Part shown: piece after piece, positions 1 to 10,722 of the stretch
How the letters are laid out: each line of letters opens with the position of its first letter
How positions within the stretch are numbered: position 1 is the stretch's first letter
Assembly: GCA_002269645.1 (NCBI GenBank)
Contig: NIVC01000998.1
Span: 1-34,526, forward strand
Direction of reading: 5' to 3'
Source: Macrostomum lignano
Taxonomy: Eukaryota
Length of the DNA: 34,526 nucleotides
Notes under the pieces: generated by a model
The model's input: only the letters and a program-made list of their open reading frames with translations
Database searches by the model: none
Told to the model about the DNA's origin: nothing
Program-made: the position numbers and the translations under genes

Positions 1-3000
1 TCACTTACAAACAGCTTGTCATTGTAGCCTTCAACACGAATCACTTACAAACAGCTTGTTATTGTAGCCTTAACACGAATCACTTACAAACAGCTTGTCA
101 TTGTAGCCTTCAACACGAATCACTTACAAACAGCTTGTCATTGTAGCCTCAACACGAATCACTTACAAACAGCTTGTCATTGTAGCCTTCAACACGAATC
201 ACTTACAAACAGCTTGTCATTGTAGCCTTCAACACGAATCACTTACAAACAGCTTGTCATTGTAGCCTTCAACACGAATCACTTACAAACAGCTTTGTCA
301 TTGTAGCCTTCAACACGAATCACTTACAAACAGCTTGTCATTGTAGCCTTCAACACGAATCACTTACAAACAGCTTGTCATTGTAGCCTTCAACACGAAT
401 CACTTACAAACAGCTTGTCATTGTAGCTTCAACACGAATCACTTACAAACAGCTTGTCATTGTAGCCTTCAACACGGAATCACTTACAAACAGCTTGTCA
501 TTGTAGCCTTCAACACGGATCACTTACAAACAGCTTGTCATTGTAGCCTTCAACACGAATCACTTACAAACAGCTTGTCATTGTAGCCTTCAACACGAAT
601 CACTTACAAACAGCTTGTCATTGTAGCCTTCAACACGGATCACTTACAAACAGCTTGTCATTGTAGCCTTCAACACGAATCACTTACAAACAGCTTGTCA
701 TTGTAGCCTTCAACACGAATCACTTACAAACAGCTTGTCATTGTAGCCTTCAACACGAATCACTTACAAACAGCTTGTCATTGTAGCCTCAACACGAATC
801 ACTTACAAACAGCTTGTCATTGTAGCCTTCAACACGAATCACTTACAAACAGCTTGTTATTGTAGCCTTCAACACGAATCACTTACAAAAGCTTGTCATT
901 GTAGCCCTCAACACGAATCACTTACAAACAGCTTGTTATTGTAGCTTGTCATTGTAGCCCTCAACACGAATCACTTACAAACAGCTTGTCATTGTAGCCT
1001 TCAACACGAATCACTTACAAACAGCTTGTTATTGTAGCCTTCAACACGGAATCACTTACAAACAGCTTGTCATTGTAGCCTTCAACACGAATCACTTACA
1101 AACAGCTTGTTATTGTAGCCTTCAACACGAATCACTTACAAACAGCTTGTTATTGTAGCCTTCAACACGAATCACTACAAACAGCTTGTCATTGTAGCCT
1201 TCAACACGGAATCACTTACAAACAGCTTGTCATTGTAGCCTTCAACACGAATCACTTACAAACAGCTTGTCATTGTAGCCTTCAACAACGAATCACTTAC
1301 AAACAGCTTGTCATTGTAGCCTTCAACACGAATCACTTACAAACAGCTTGTCATTGTAGCCTTCAACACGAATCACTTACAAACAGCTTGTCATTGTAGC
1401 CTTCAACAAAACACGATCACTTACAAACAGCTTGTCATTGTAGCCTTCAACACGAATCACTTACAAACAGCTTGTCATTGTAGCCTTCAACACGAATCAC
1501 TTACAAACAGCTTGTCATTGTAGCCCTCAACACGAATCACTTACAAACAGCTTGTCATTGTAGCCTTCAACACGAATCACTTACAAACAGCTTGTCATTG
1601 TAGCCTTCAACACGATCACTTACAAACAGCTTGTCATTGTAGCCTTCAACACGAATCACTTACAAACAGCTTGTCATTGTAGCCTTCAACACGAATCACT
1701 TACAAACAGCTTGTTATTGTAGCCTTCAACACGAATCACTTACAAACAGCTTGTCATTGTAGCCTTCAACACGAATCACTTACAAACAGCTTGTCATTGT
1801 AGCCTCAACACGAATCACTTACAAACAGCTTGTCATTGTAGCCTTCAACACGAATCACTTACAAACAGCTTGTTATTGTAGCCTTCAACACGAATCACTT
1901 ACAAACAGCTTGTCATTGTAGCCTCAACACGAATCACTTACAAACAGCTTGTCATTGTAGCCCTCAACACGAATCACTTACAAACAGCTTGTCATTGTAG
2001 CCTTCAACACGAATCACTTACAAACAGCTTGTCATTGTAGCCTTCAACACGAATCACTTACAAACAGCTTGTCATTGTAGCCTTCAACACGAATCACTTA
2101 CAAACAGCTTGTCATTGTAGCCTTCAACACGAATCACTTACAAACAGCTTGTTATTGTAGCCTTCAACACGAATCACTTACAAACAGCTTGTCATTGTAG
2201 CCTCAACACGAATCACTTACAAACAGCTTGTCATTGTAGCCCTTCAACACGAATCACTTACAAACAGCTTGTCATTGTAGCCTTCAACACGAATCACTTA
2301 CAAACAGCTTGTCATTGTAGCCTTCAACACGAATCACTTACAAACAGCTTGTCATTGTAGCCCTCAACACGAATCACTTACAAACAGCTTGTCATTGTAG
2401 CCTTCAACACGAATCACTTACAAACAGCTTGTCATTGTAGCCTTCAACACGAATCACTTACAAACAGCTTGTTATTGTAGCCTTCAACACGAATCACTTA
2501 CAAACAGCTTGTCATTGTAGCCTTCAACACGAATCACTTACAAAACAGCTTGTTATTGTAGCCTTCAACACGAATCACTTACAAACAGCTTGTCATTGTA
2601 GCCTTCAACACGAATCACTTACAAACAGCTTGTTATTGTAGCCTTCAACACGAATCACTTACAAACAGCTTGTTATTGTAGCCTTCAACACGAATCACTT
2701 ACAAACAGCTTGTTATTGTAGCCTTCAACACGAATCACTTACAAACAGCTTGTCATTGTAGCCTTCAACACGAATCACTTACAAACAGCTTGTCATTGTA
2801 GCCTTCAACACGAATCACTTACAAACAGCTTGTCATTGTAGCCTTCAACACGAATCACTTACAAACAGCTTGTCATTGTAGCCTTCAACACGAATCACTT
2901 ACAAACAGCTTGTCATTGTAGCCTTCAACACGAATCACTTACAAACAGCTTGTCATTGTAGCCCTCAACACGAATCACTTACAAACAGCTTGTCATTGTA

Positions 3001-3015
3001 GCCTTCAACTCGAAT
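1..3015 (-). repeat. 40-bp tandem satellite (~75 units, runs off the window edge); unit on minus strand = ATTCGTGTTGAAGGCTACAATGACAAGCTGTTT+GTAAGTG
   Basis: Direct 40-bp periodicity (tcacttacaaacagcttgtcattgtagccttcaacacgaa). The rightmost unit overlaps the nardilysin exon 2983-3052. Confidence 0.98.
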
Positions 3016-3052
3016 ACGAATAGAAAATGGCTCTACGTATAGAACTTCGTAC
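2983..3052 (-). CDS. NRDC: Nardilysin/M16A peptidase exon 8 in window: (W)YEVLYVEPFSIRIRVEGYNDKLF
   Basis: Acceptor ttatag|G, donor TTT|GTAAGT. Phase 2 matches the previous exon. Matches the IDE/NRDC motif V-x-G-[YF]-N-[DH]-K. Confidence 0.88.
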
Positions 3053-3149
3053 CTATAAATTTTTGTGATGAGTATTTTTTATGTAGATAAACGCAAAACC
3101 GACTGCTGCATAACAAGTCTCGTAGAAAGCTTGAAAATCAGTCACATAC

Positions 3150-3233
3150 CACAGATAGGCCTCGACGGCGGCGTACAACTCCTTGCTCAACTGAAAATCG
3201 AACATGTACAGCCACAGGTGCACCAGTGTTGAG
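3150..3233 (-). CDS. NRDC: Nardilysin exon 7: (N)STLVHLWLYMFDFQLSKELYAAVEAYL(W)
   Basis: tttcag| acceptor, TG|GTATGT donor, phases 2/2. Aligns to the M16A 'L..E.AY.A..A.L' helix. Confidence 0.85.
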
Positions 3234-3289
3234 CTGAAATGTACAGGTGCTCATTCTTGGATCGCACCACCTGGCACGGCTCCACATTC

Positions 3290-4570
3290 TCAAACCATGC
3301 CGTCAGCCGCCTACATTCTCAGACCATGCTGTCACCCTCCCACATTCTCAGATCATGCCGTCACCCGCCCACATTCTCAGACCATGCTGTCCCCCTCCCA
3401 CATTCTCAGACCATGCTGTCACCTTCCCACATTCTCAAACCATGCTGTCACCCTCCCACATTCTCAGACCATGCTGTCACCCTCCCACATTCTCAAACCA
3501 TGCTGTCACCCTCCCACATTCTCAGACCATGCCGTCACCCTCCCACATTCCCAGACCATGCCGTCACCCTCCCACATTCCCAGACCATGCCGTCACCCTC
3601 CCACATTCTCAGACCATGCCGTCACCCTCCCACATTCCCAGACCATGCCGTCACCCTCCCACATTCCCAGACCATGCCGTCACCCTCCCACATTCTCAGA
3701 CCATGCCGTCACCCTCCCACATTCTCAGACCATGCCGTCACCCTCCCACATTCCCTGACCATGCCGTCACCCTCCCACATTCTCAGACCATGCCGTCACC
3801 CTCCCACATTCCCAGACCATGCTGTCACCCTCCCACATTCTCAGACCATGCCGTCACCCTCCCACATTCTCAGACCATGACGTCACCCTCCCACATTCCC
3901 AGACCATGCCGTCACCCTCCCACATTCTCAGACCATGCCGTCACCCTCCCACATTCTCAGACCATGACGTCACCCTCCCACATTCCCAGACCATGCCGTC
4001 ACCCTCCCACATTCTCAGACCATGCCGTCACCCTCCCACATTCCCAGACCATGCTGTCACCCTCCCACATTCTCAGACCATGCTGTCACCCTCCCACATT
4101 CCCAGACCATGCTGTCACCCTCCCGCATTCCCAGACCATGCTGTCACCCTCCCACATTCCCAGACCATGCCGTCACCCTCCCACATTCCCAGACGAAGCC
4201 GTCACACTCCCACATTCTCAGACCATGCTGTCACCCTCCCACATTCCCAGACCATGCCGTCACCCTCCCAAATTCTCAGACCATGCTGTCACCCTCCCAC
4301 ATTCCCAGACGAAGCCGTCACCCTCCCACATTCTCAGACCATGCTGTCACCCTCCCACATTCCCAGACCATGCCGTCACCCTCCCAAATTCTCAGACCAT
4401 GCTGTCACCCTCCCACATTCCCAGACGAAGCCGTCACCCTCCCACATTCTCAGACCAAGCTGTCACCCTCCACATTCTCAGACCATGCCGTCACCCTCCC
4501 ACATTCTCAGACCATGCTGTCACCCGCCTACATTCTCAGACCATGCTGTTCTGTTACCCTCCCACATTTT
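3290..4570 (+). repeat. 29-bp minisatellite (ccctcccacattc[c/t]cagaccatgccgtca), ~44 units, intronic
   Basis: 29-bp period; this explains the 29-aa cycling translations in the ORF track. Confidence 0.95.
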
Positions 4571-4615
4571 CAGATCATACCGTCAATTTGATTACCAGGC
4601 AAAAATGCAACTTAC

Positions 4616-4667
4616 TTTTCTAGCGACTCACAAATAACAGGAGAGTCTAAGCTGACTCGAACGACGG
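4616..4667 (-). CDS. NRDC: Nardilysin exon 6: (A)VVRVSLDSPVICESLE(N)
   Basis: tttcacttcag| acceptor, AA|GTAAGT donor. Phase 1 in and phase 2 out fit both neighbours. Aligns with NRDC KAYIRFHLISPLIQ. Confidence 0.82.
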
Positions 4668-4765
4668 CTGAAGTGAAATCCAAAGTGTCAATCAAATTAA
4701 TAAATTGATTTTTATATAGTATATAGGAAAGCATCGCACAGAAAGCATTGCAAAAAAAAGCGAAC

Positions 4766-4856
4766 CTCTTGGCGTCTTGAACTTGCGGTCCTTATAATAG
4801 AACAGGGGCCCGAACCGGTCCACGGCTGGGTCGCCAACGAGAAGGCGAACTGGGTA
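4766..4856 (-). CDS. NRDC: Nardilysin exon 5: YPVRLLVGDPAVDRFGPLFYYKDRKFKTPR
   Basis: tgtcccgcag| acceptor, G|GTTCGC donor. Matches the M16A 'LW[YF]K.D..F..P[KR]' motif. Confidence 0.85.
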
Positions 4857-5039
4857 CTGCGGGACAACAGGTTTCGTTCGGAGCCTACATGAGATAGTTA
4901 GCTTTCGACTTGCGAAGTAGGAGTATAGACAAATACTCATAAATGTATCAAGGCTCATGGGATGTCGGAGTTCATGTCTGATTCTCTTAACCTCATAATT
5001 GAAAGATACCTGAAATCTTATTGGCGATGCCTGGATAAA

Positions 5040-5440
5040 AGGCTGGATTCTCATTGAGATACCCGGATTCTAAGTGGAGATACCAGGATTTTTTAATGGA
5101 GATAGCTAGATTCTAAGTGGAGATAGCTGGATTCTAAGTGGAGATAGCTGGATTTTAAGTGGAGATAGCTGGATTCTAAGTGGAGATAGCTGGATTCTAA
5201 GTGGAGATAGCTGGATTCTAAGTGGAGATAGCTGGATTCTAAGTGGAGATAGCTGGATTCTAAGTGGAGATAGCTGGATTCTAAGTGGAGATAGCTGGAT
5301 TCTAAGTGGAGATAGCTGGATTCTAAGTGGAGATAGCTGGATTCTAAGTGGAGATACCAGGATTTTTAATGGATATACCTGGATTCTCAGTGGATATACC
5401 TGGATTCGAGGTGGATATACCTGGATTCGAGGTGAAATTA
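5040..5440 (+). repeat. 21-bp minisatellite (ggagatagctggattctaagt), ~18 units with degenerate edges, intronic
   Basis: Direct 21-bp periodicity. Confidence 0.93.
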
Positions 5441-5601
5441 TTTGAAAACTCGATAGACATAGATAGGTATCTTCATGGAGAATCCTATTAAGAATCTAGT
5501 TATCTTTTTCATTACAAGTACCTAAATTGGAAACTTAGCACAGAGATTCAATACAAATGAAATGTTAATATGAGCAATATTAAAACGCCAGCCGCGCCCA
5601 C

Positions 5602-5776
5602 CTCCGGCACGCATTCCAGTCCCATCTCTCTGTAGGCCTCGCCCGGCGACGGCACGTTAAACTGCTCGGACACGAACTGGTTGGGCAGCGGCAGGTGCAG
5701 CCGGCAGGCGGTCAGCATCTCAGTGTCCGGATTCGTCACGCAGAGCTCCCAGTCGGCCATTGTGGCCTCGCTGAGC
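5602..5776 (-). CDS. NRDC: Nardilysin exon 4: (R)LSEATMADWELC...LHLPLPNQFVSEQFNV...ECVPE
   Basis: CAG|G acceptor, GAG|GTGGGC donor; 175 bp fits phase 2 to phase 0. Matches the M16A 'L.LP..N.FI..DF' motif. Confidence 0.88.
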
Positions 5777-5936
5777 CTGCCGGAGGCAAGTTTTATGTGC
5801 CAGTTGGAGACTGTCATTTCGTATTTTTACGCCTTTAATCTTACGGTAATTTCTCTTTAGGCTTTACTGCTCCAGTTTTGGTACCAATTAAAATGATTTT
5901 TGTCGGGTTTAGAACACTTCTTAATAAGTAATTACT

Positions 5937-6268
5937 AACTATTAATAATCATAATAATAGTAGTAGTAATAATAATAACTGCATACACCTGCCCAATTAG
6001 GCCAGATATGCAACCGACAGTTCAGTCGCCGCTATTGCGCGGCGTATCTGAAGGCTGCGTACGGCTGTTCAGTCCAAGGACTGGGAGGTCGCCACACACC
6101 CTCAGTTACCCCAGCTAATGCTGGCACCCATTTTACAGCTGGGTGAACTGAAGCAATGCAGAGTTAAGTGTCTTGCTCAAGGACACAGATTGTTCCGAGT
6201 GGGTTGAGAATCGAACCCAAGACCTTACAGTCGTGAGACCGACGCTCTAACCACTAGGCTACAACCCT
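5937..6268 (-). mobile_element. tRNA-derived SINE, copy 1, with (ATT)n tail
   Basis: A-box TAGCCTAGTGG and B-box GGTTCGATTC on minus. Central CCTTGAGCAAGACACTTAAC...CTGTAAAATGGG. Homologous to copies at 9008 and 9885. Confidence 0.88.
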
Positions 6269-6348
6269 GATAGGTGTCTATGCATGTCCAAACTGACAGC
6301 TGAGTGGGTGACTGCTGTTCATCATTGAGTGAGTGACTACAGTTCATC

Positions 6349-6425
6349 GAGTGGGTTGGCTGAGAATCGAACCCCCGACCTTCAAGTCGTGAGTCCGACG
6401 CTCTAACAACTAGGCTAGAATCCCT
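6349..6425 (-). mobile_element. Isolated SINE tRNA-head fragment
   Basis: Near-identical to the head of the copy at 9008-9090. Confidence 0.75.
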
Positions 6426-7101
6426 ACCCTAGTTAGTTTAACTATTGAACTAACCATTTTTATTACCTAAAAAATAAGTATTCAAACTTGTAGCGTCTTA
6501 GATTAACAATTTCAATTGGTCCCAACATCTTAGATGTAAAATCTTGACGCCAAACCGAAAGTCCAGATGTTAATCAACATTACAAAAAACTCTTAGTTGG
6601 TAATATAATACCAATACACAGGCAACGTGGAATTCTTGGATTCTAGAATATGCTTCAATTAAAACTATTCAGCTTGTTGACAATACGCTGTTGAAGTCGG
6701 TAGGTTTGTTGTTTACTATTGTTTACTAAGTGTTGCGGTTTTAACTATTCAATTTATTAATCTAGACTAGACTGCAAAGTATAGATAGAATAAAAGAATA
6801 TCCGCAAGAGGCCCTTCTTAAAAGTATAGATACCACAATATCCCAATAAAGGATTTATTGGTACTGTATATAGAATTTCTAAGACCTCTGTGCACTGATT
6901 CTTTACCAACTGTCAGCAACCTTCTCCAACTTTTCCTCACCACTTCAACCAATTTTTCGTATCCCATTGCAACAGACTGCAAAATAATATAGCTTTAATA
7001 GAGTCTTGGCTATGGCTATAGCATACCGCAGCCTTGCCTCTTCCTGTCGTGTCTTTTTAATGTAATTCTAAAACTGTTCTGACACTGAATCCAGTTCGCA
7101 C

Positions 7102-7105
<4 letters not shown>

Positions 7106-7140
<35 letters not shown>
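7106..7140. repeat. (AT)n microsatellite
   Basis: Direct. Confidence 0.95.
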
Positions 7141-7142
<2 letters not shown>

Positions 7143-7745
7143 TCGCTAGCCATAGCTCATAGGAATGCAAATTGGAGTGAAGCGCAAATTTAAGCAAGGC
7201 TTTTTTTACTCTTTTTCACATAGTACCCGATTTCCTATGGAAACGTATGCGCCAGCACAGCACTATTAGCCATTTCGTTGCGATTGGAGCCTGCTAAAAA
7301 TAGCAGGTTTTCCATAGGTAATTGCTAATATTCTCAGTGGGCAGAGCGGCTAAGATTGTACAACAATAGGCCTAGTATTTTTCTTCTTGTTTTATTCAGT
7401 AAAGTGTATCGTTTCTTTAAGGACGAGGTATCGGGGCTTGTGCATTTGAATTTGAAGGCTGGCCTATTTGCCTCTATAATACATTGAAACCGATAGGATG
7501 CTATGTTTTTATCAATACAAAACTAAAATTTCGTTGCCAATATGAGACGGCAGTAGCGCTGAAACTGAAATGTTGGAATTCATTATTTAGTATAGTGTTA
7601 CTAAGCTTTGCAAAGATTTTTTGTTTAGTTTATTTAGAGTTTCTGACCAATTTGACGGTTTTAAAAACCTATAAGGAAATGCTTTTTGGCTATAACTAAA
7701 AACTGGGAGGTAACTGCATGTAACTATGAAAGCATAAAGGAAAGG

Positions 7746-7746
7746 C

Positions 7747-7791
<45 letters not shown>

Positions 7792-7816
7792 CTAAGACAG
7801 ACAGACAGACAAACAC

Positions 7817-7898
<82 letters not shown>
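7746..7898. repeat. (GACA)n microsatellite, ~37 units, starting a few nt into the intron
   Basis: Direct; source of the spurious CLSV/DRQT ORF tails. Confidence 0.97.
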
Positions 7899-7902
7899 GC
7901 AC

Positions 7903-8934
7903 CTGTGCTCAGCGAATCGCACCGCCGGTCCATCGGTGACCTGATCGCAGATTGGTCCATACGAGCGCGAGGTCAGCAGAATGCAGCAGTTCCGAGGCCG
8001 CAGCCGTTTCCGATAGTCCTCAATTGCTTCGGGGTTAAATCGGCGCACGATCCGATCGCCCATCAGCCACATCTCCGGCTGCAGGCGGTGCATGTTGCAG
8101 CTGGCAAACTCAACGCTGTCGGCCGGCTCGTCCTCCTCCTGGAACCGGAAGGCCGTCCGCCAGATGCGCCTACGCTCGGCGTAGATTCTCGCCAGCTCGT
8201 TGAGCCGCTGGCCCATGAGGCCGATGTAGGCGTAAATGAGTCGAACGATTCTCTCCCAGGCCCGCAGTCCGGCCGGCGTGAGCCGGACGCCAACTTCGAA
8301 CAGCGAAGCGGCTGGATTGTCGCACAGGCCGCGGTTGCGCACTCCGGCCCAGAGCTCGGCGGCCAGGCCGGCCCGGCGCAGGCAGTCCAGCACGCTGCCC
8401 GGGCCCTCGTGGGCCAGACAGATGGCCAATAGCCGGTGCGGCTGATCGTGCAGACGGGCTGGGGGCCCCGGCCAGGCCAGGCGCAGCCGGTCCATGTCCT
8501 TAGCCGGCAGCAGTTTGTACACCCGGCCGTGAAATTTGTCGCAGTTGGCGAATGGCGGGGCCAGAGAGCGGGGCTCCGGCTGGCCAGGCTGCAGGCAGGC
8601 GAAGGACTCGCGCACAGTGGCCTCCAGTTCGTCCAGTCCGATGCGGCTCTGCACAGCCAGTCGCATGTTGCCGGCCGTGTAGTGCCGACGCCAATAGGCT
8701 TCGAGGCGTTGTCGAACGTCGATGCCCCGTTCGCGCGGCCGCTCCCACAGGGTGAACCGGTTGCCGGACTTGAAGCCGCCCATGGGGTGGCCGGTGCCGG
8801 CCAGCCAGTTGTGAAAGAAATTCATTTGCGAATCAACATTGGTGCAGGCCAACTCGAATTCGCTGTGCACCGCCTGAACCTCGCGCTCCAGACTGGACTC
8901 GAGCAGCAGCGGTTCGCCGAGCAGATGGGCGAAT
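7903..8934 (-). CDS. NRDC: Nardilysin exon 3 (1032 bp): (R)FAHLLGEP...EREVQAVHSEF...HPMGGFKSGN...RHYTAGNMRLAV...HEGPGS...FAEH(R)
   Basis: ttcaag|A acceptor, AG|GTGCGT donor, phases 2/2. Contains the third Zn-ligand Glu context (V.SE), the F..GN motif and HEG.GS of M16A. Confidence 0.93.
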
Positions 8935-9007
8935 CTTGAATAATAAGTTAAAAACCCTTCATTATTTGGCTACTCAATAAGGCTGTTTCGATGTACTCTC
9001 CTAGCCT

Positions 9008-9328
9008 AGGGTTGTAGCCTAGTGGTTAGAGTCGTAGAGTGTCGGACTCACGACTTGAAGGTCGGGGGTTCGATTCCCGATCCCACTGGAACAATTTGTG
9101 TCCTTGAGCAAGACACTTAACTCTGTATTGCTTCAGTTCACCCAGCTGTAAAATGGGTGCCAGCATTAGCTGGGGTAATTGAGGGTGTGTGTGGCGACCC
9201 CCCAGTCCTTGGACTGAACAGCCGTACGCAGCCTTCAGATGCGCGTAATAGCTGCGGCTGAGCTGTCGGTTGCACATCTGGCCCAATTGGGACAGGTAGT
9301 TCATTATTGCTTTTATTTAATTATTAAT
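9008..9328 (+). mobile_element. tRNA-derived SINE, copy 2
   Basis: A/B boxes, same body as copy 1, AT-rich tail. Confidence 0.88.
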
Positions 9329-9462
9329 GTACTTTAAGATGGTCGCTTTTACAACTCAGAACTTTCAATAATGTCGAAGCACAATGCGGAGATAGGAGAC
9401 TCCCAAAGCCGAAAATTTGCTAATGTCAAAATATCTAAAATCATTCGACCTTTACTACTCAC

Positions 9463-9881
9463 CTATCCAAGCAATCGGGCAGGCTCTGCTGCCTGACGCT
9501 AAAATAAAACAGCGTCTGCTCGGCATCAGTCCAAGCGTTGCTGCTGCCGCCGCATTCCTGTACAAACGCGTCGAACCCGTTCTCGTCAGGATACTTGGCC
9601 GAGCCCATGAACACCATGTGCTCCAGGCAGTGGGCCAGGCCGGGCAAATCCGGATCGTCCTGGGCGTTGCCGCTGCCGACGCAAACAGCGGCGGCCGACA
9701 GCTTGGCAGTGCGGACCCGCTGGCTGCGCCTGGCCTCGGCCAGGCCGTCTCGATCGCCGCGTTCGCGATTGGCGACTGCCTCGACCTCGCTGTCCTGCGC
9801 GTCTTCGTCTGGGTTCGACTCTTCACCGGTTTCTTCTTGGTTCTGCTTTTGGGGATCAAGGGAGTTGGGATTTCTCAGGGG
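9463..9881 (-). CDS. NRDC: Nardilysin exon 2: acidic stretch + KLSAAAVCVGSG...PGLAHCLEHMVFMGS.KYP.EN...GG..NA.T
   Basis: Inverzincin HxxEH motif (HCLEH); tattatag| acceptor, AG|GTGAGT donor; 419 bp fits phase 0 to phase 2. Confidence 0.93.
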
Positions 9882-9884
9882 CTA

Positions 9885-10177
9885 TAATATAATGATTTAA
9901 TAATTGATTACACCTGCCCTAATATGCAGATGTGCAACCGACAGCTCCGCCGCAGCTATTGCGCGGCGCATCTGAAGGCTGCGTACGTCTGTTCAGTCCA
10001 AGGACTGGGTCGCCACACACAGCCTCAATTACCCCAGCTAATGCTGGCACCCATTTTACAGCTGGGTGAACTGAAGCAATGCAGAGTTAAATGTCTTGCT
10101 CAAGGACACAAATTGTTCCGAGTGGGTCGAGAATCGAACCCAAGACCGACGCTCTAACCACTAGGCTATACAACCCT
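9885..10177 (-). mobile_element. tRNA-derived SINE, copy 3 (short deletion in the tRNA head)
   Basis: Homologous to copy 1 along its whole length. Confidence 0.88.
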
Positions 10178-10210
10178 GCTAGGTGTCTATACATGTCCAA
10201 ACTGACAGCT

Positions 10211-10695
10211 GAGTGAGTGACTACAGTTCATCATTGAGTGAGTGACTGCTGTTCATCATTGAGTGAGTGACTGCTGTTCATCATTGAGTGAGTGACTGCT
10301 GTTCATCATTGAGTGAGTGACTGCTGTTCATCATTGAGTGAGTGACTGCTGTTCATAATTGAGTGAGTGACTACAGTTCATCATTGAGTGAGTGACTGCT
10401 GTTCATCATTGAGTGAGTGACTGCTGTTCATCATTGAGAGAGTGACTGCTGTTCATCATTGAGTGAGTGACTGCTGTTCATCATTGAGTGAGTGACTGCT
10501 GTTCATCATTGAGAGAGTGACTGCTGTTCATCATTGAGTGAGTGACTGCTGTTCATCATTGAGTGAGTGACTGCTGTTCATCATTGAGTGAGTGACTGCT
10601 GTTCATCATTGAGTGAGTGACTGCTGTTCATCATTGAGTGAGTGACTGCTGTTCATCATTGAGTGAGTGACTGCTGTTCATCATTGAGTGAGTGA
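10211..10695 (+). repeat. 25-bp minisatellite (gagtgagtgactgctgttcatcatt), ~19 units, intronic
   Basis: Direct periodicity. Confidence 0.96.
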
Positions 10696-10722
10696 CAATT
10701 TCCCTCCTTCACGCACAATTAC

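Noticed and set aside
1-3015. CRISPR array
   Set aside because: Units abut with no unique spacers, the context is eukaryotic, and the unit derives from a host exon.
3204-4637. Five long Pro/His/Ser-rich ORFs
   Set aside because: Translations of a stop-free 29-bp repeat lying antisense within an intron.
4692-5054. Single 120-aa ORF, or an exon ending GSLFFAMLS
   Set aside because: Only 4766-4856 is exonic. The phase-1 donor at 4765 is needed to join AVVRVSLDSP in frame.
6190-6425. Functional tRNA genes
   Set aside because: The heads are attached to SINE bodies or are fragments, and the acceptor and anticodon stems do not pair properly.
7587-7902. C-terminal CLSV-repeat tail of the 427-aa ORF
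   Set aside because: Read-through past the GTGCGT donor into a (TCTG)n microsatellite.
7686-9900. Plus-strand and alternative-frame ORFs over the nardilysin exons
   Set aside because: Shadow ORFs of GC-rich coding sequence.
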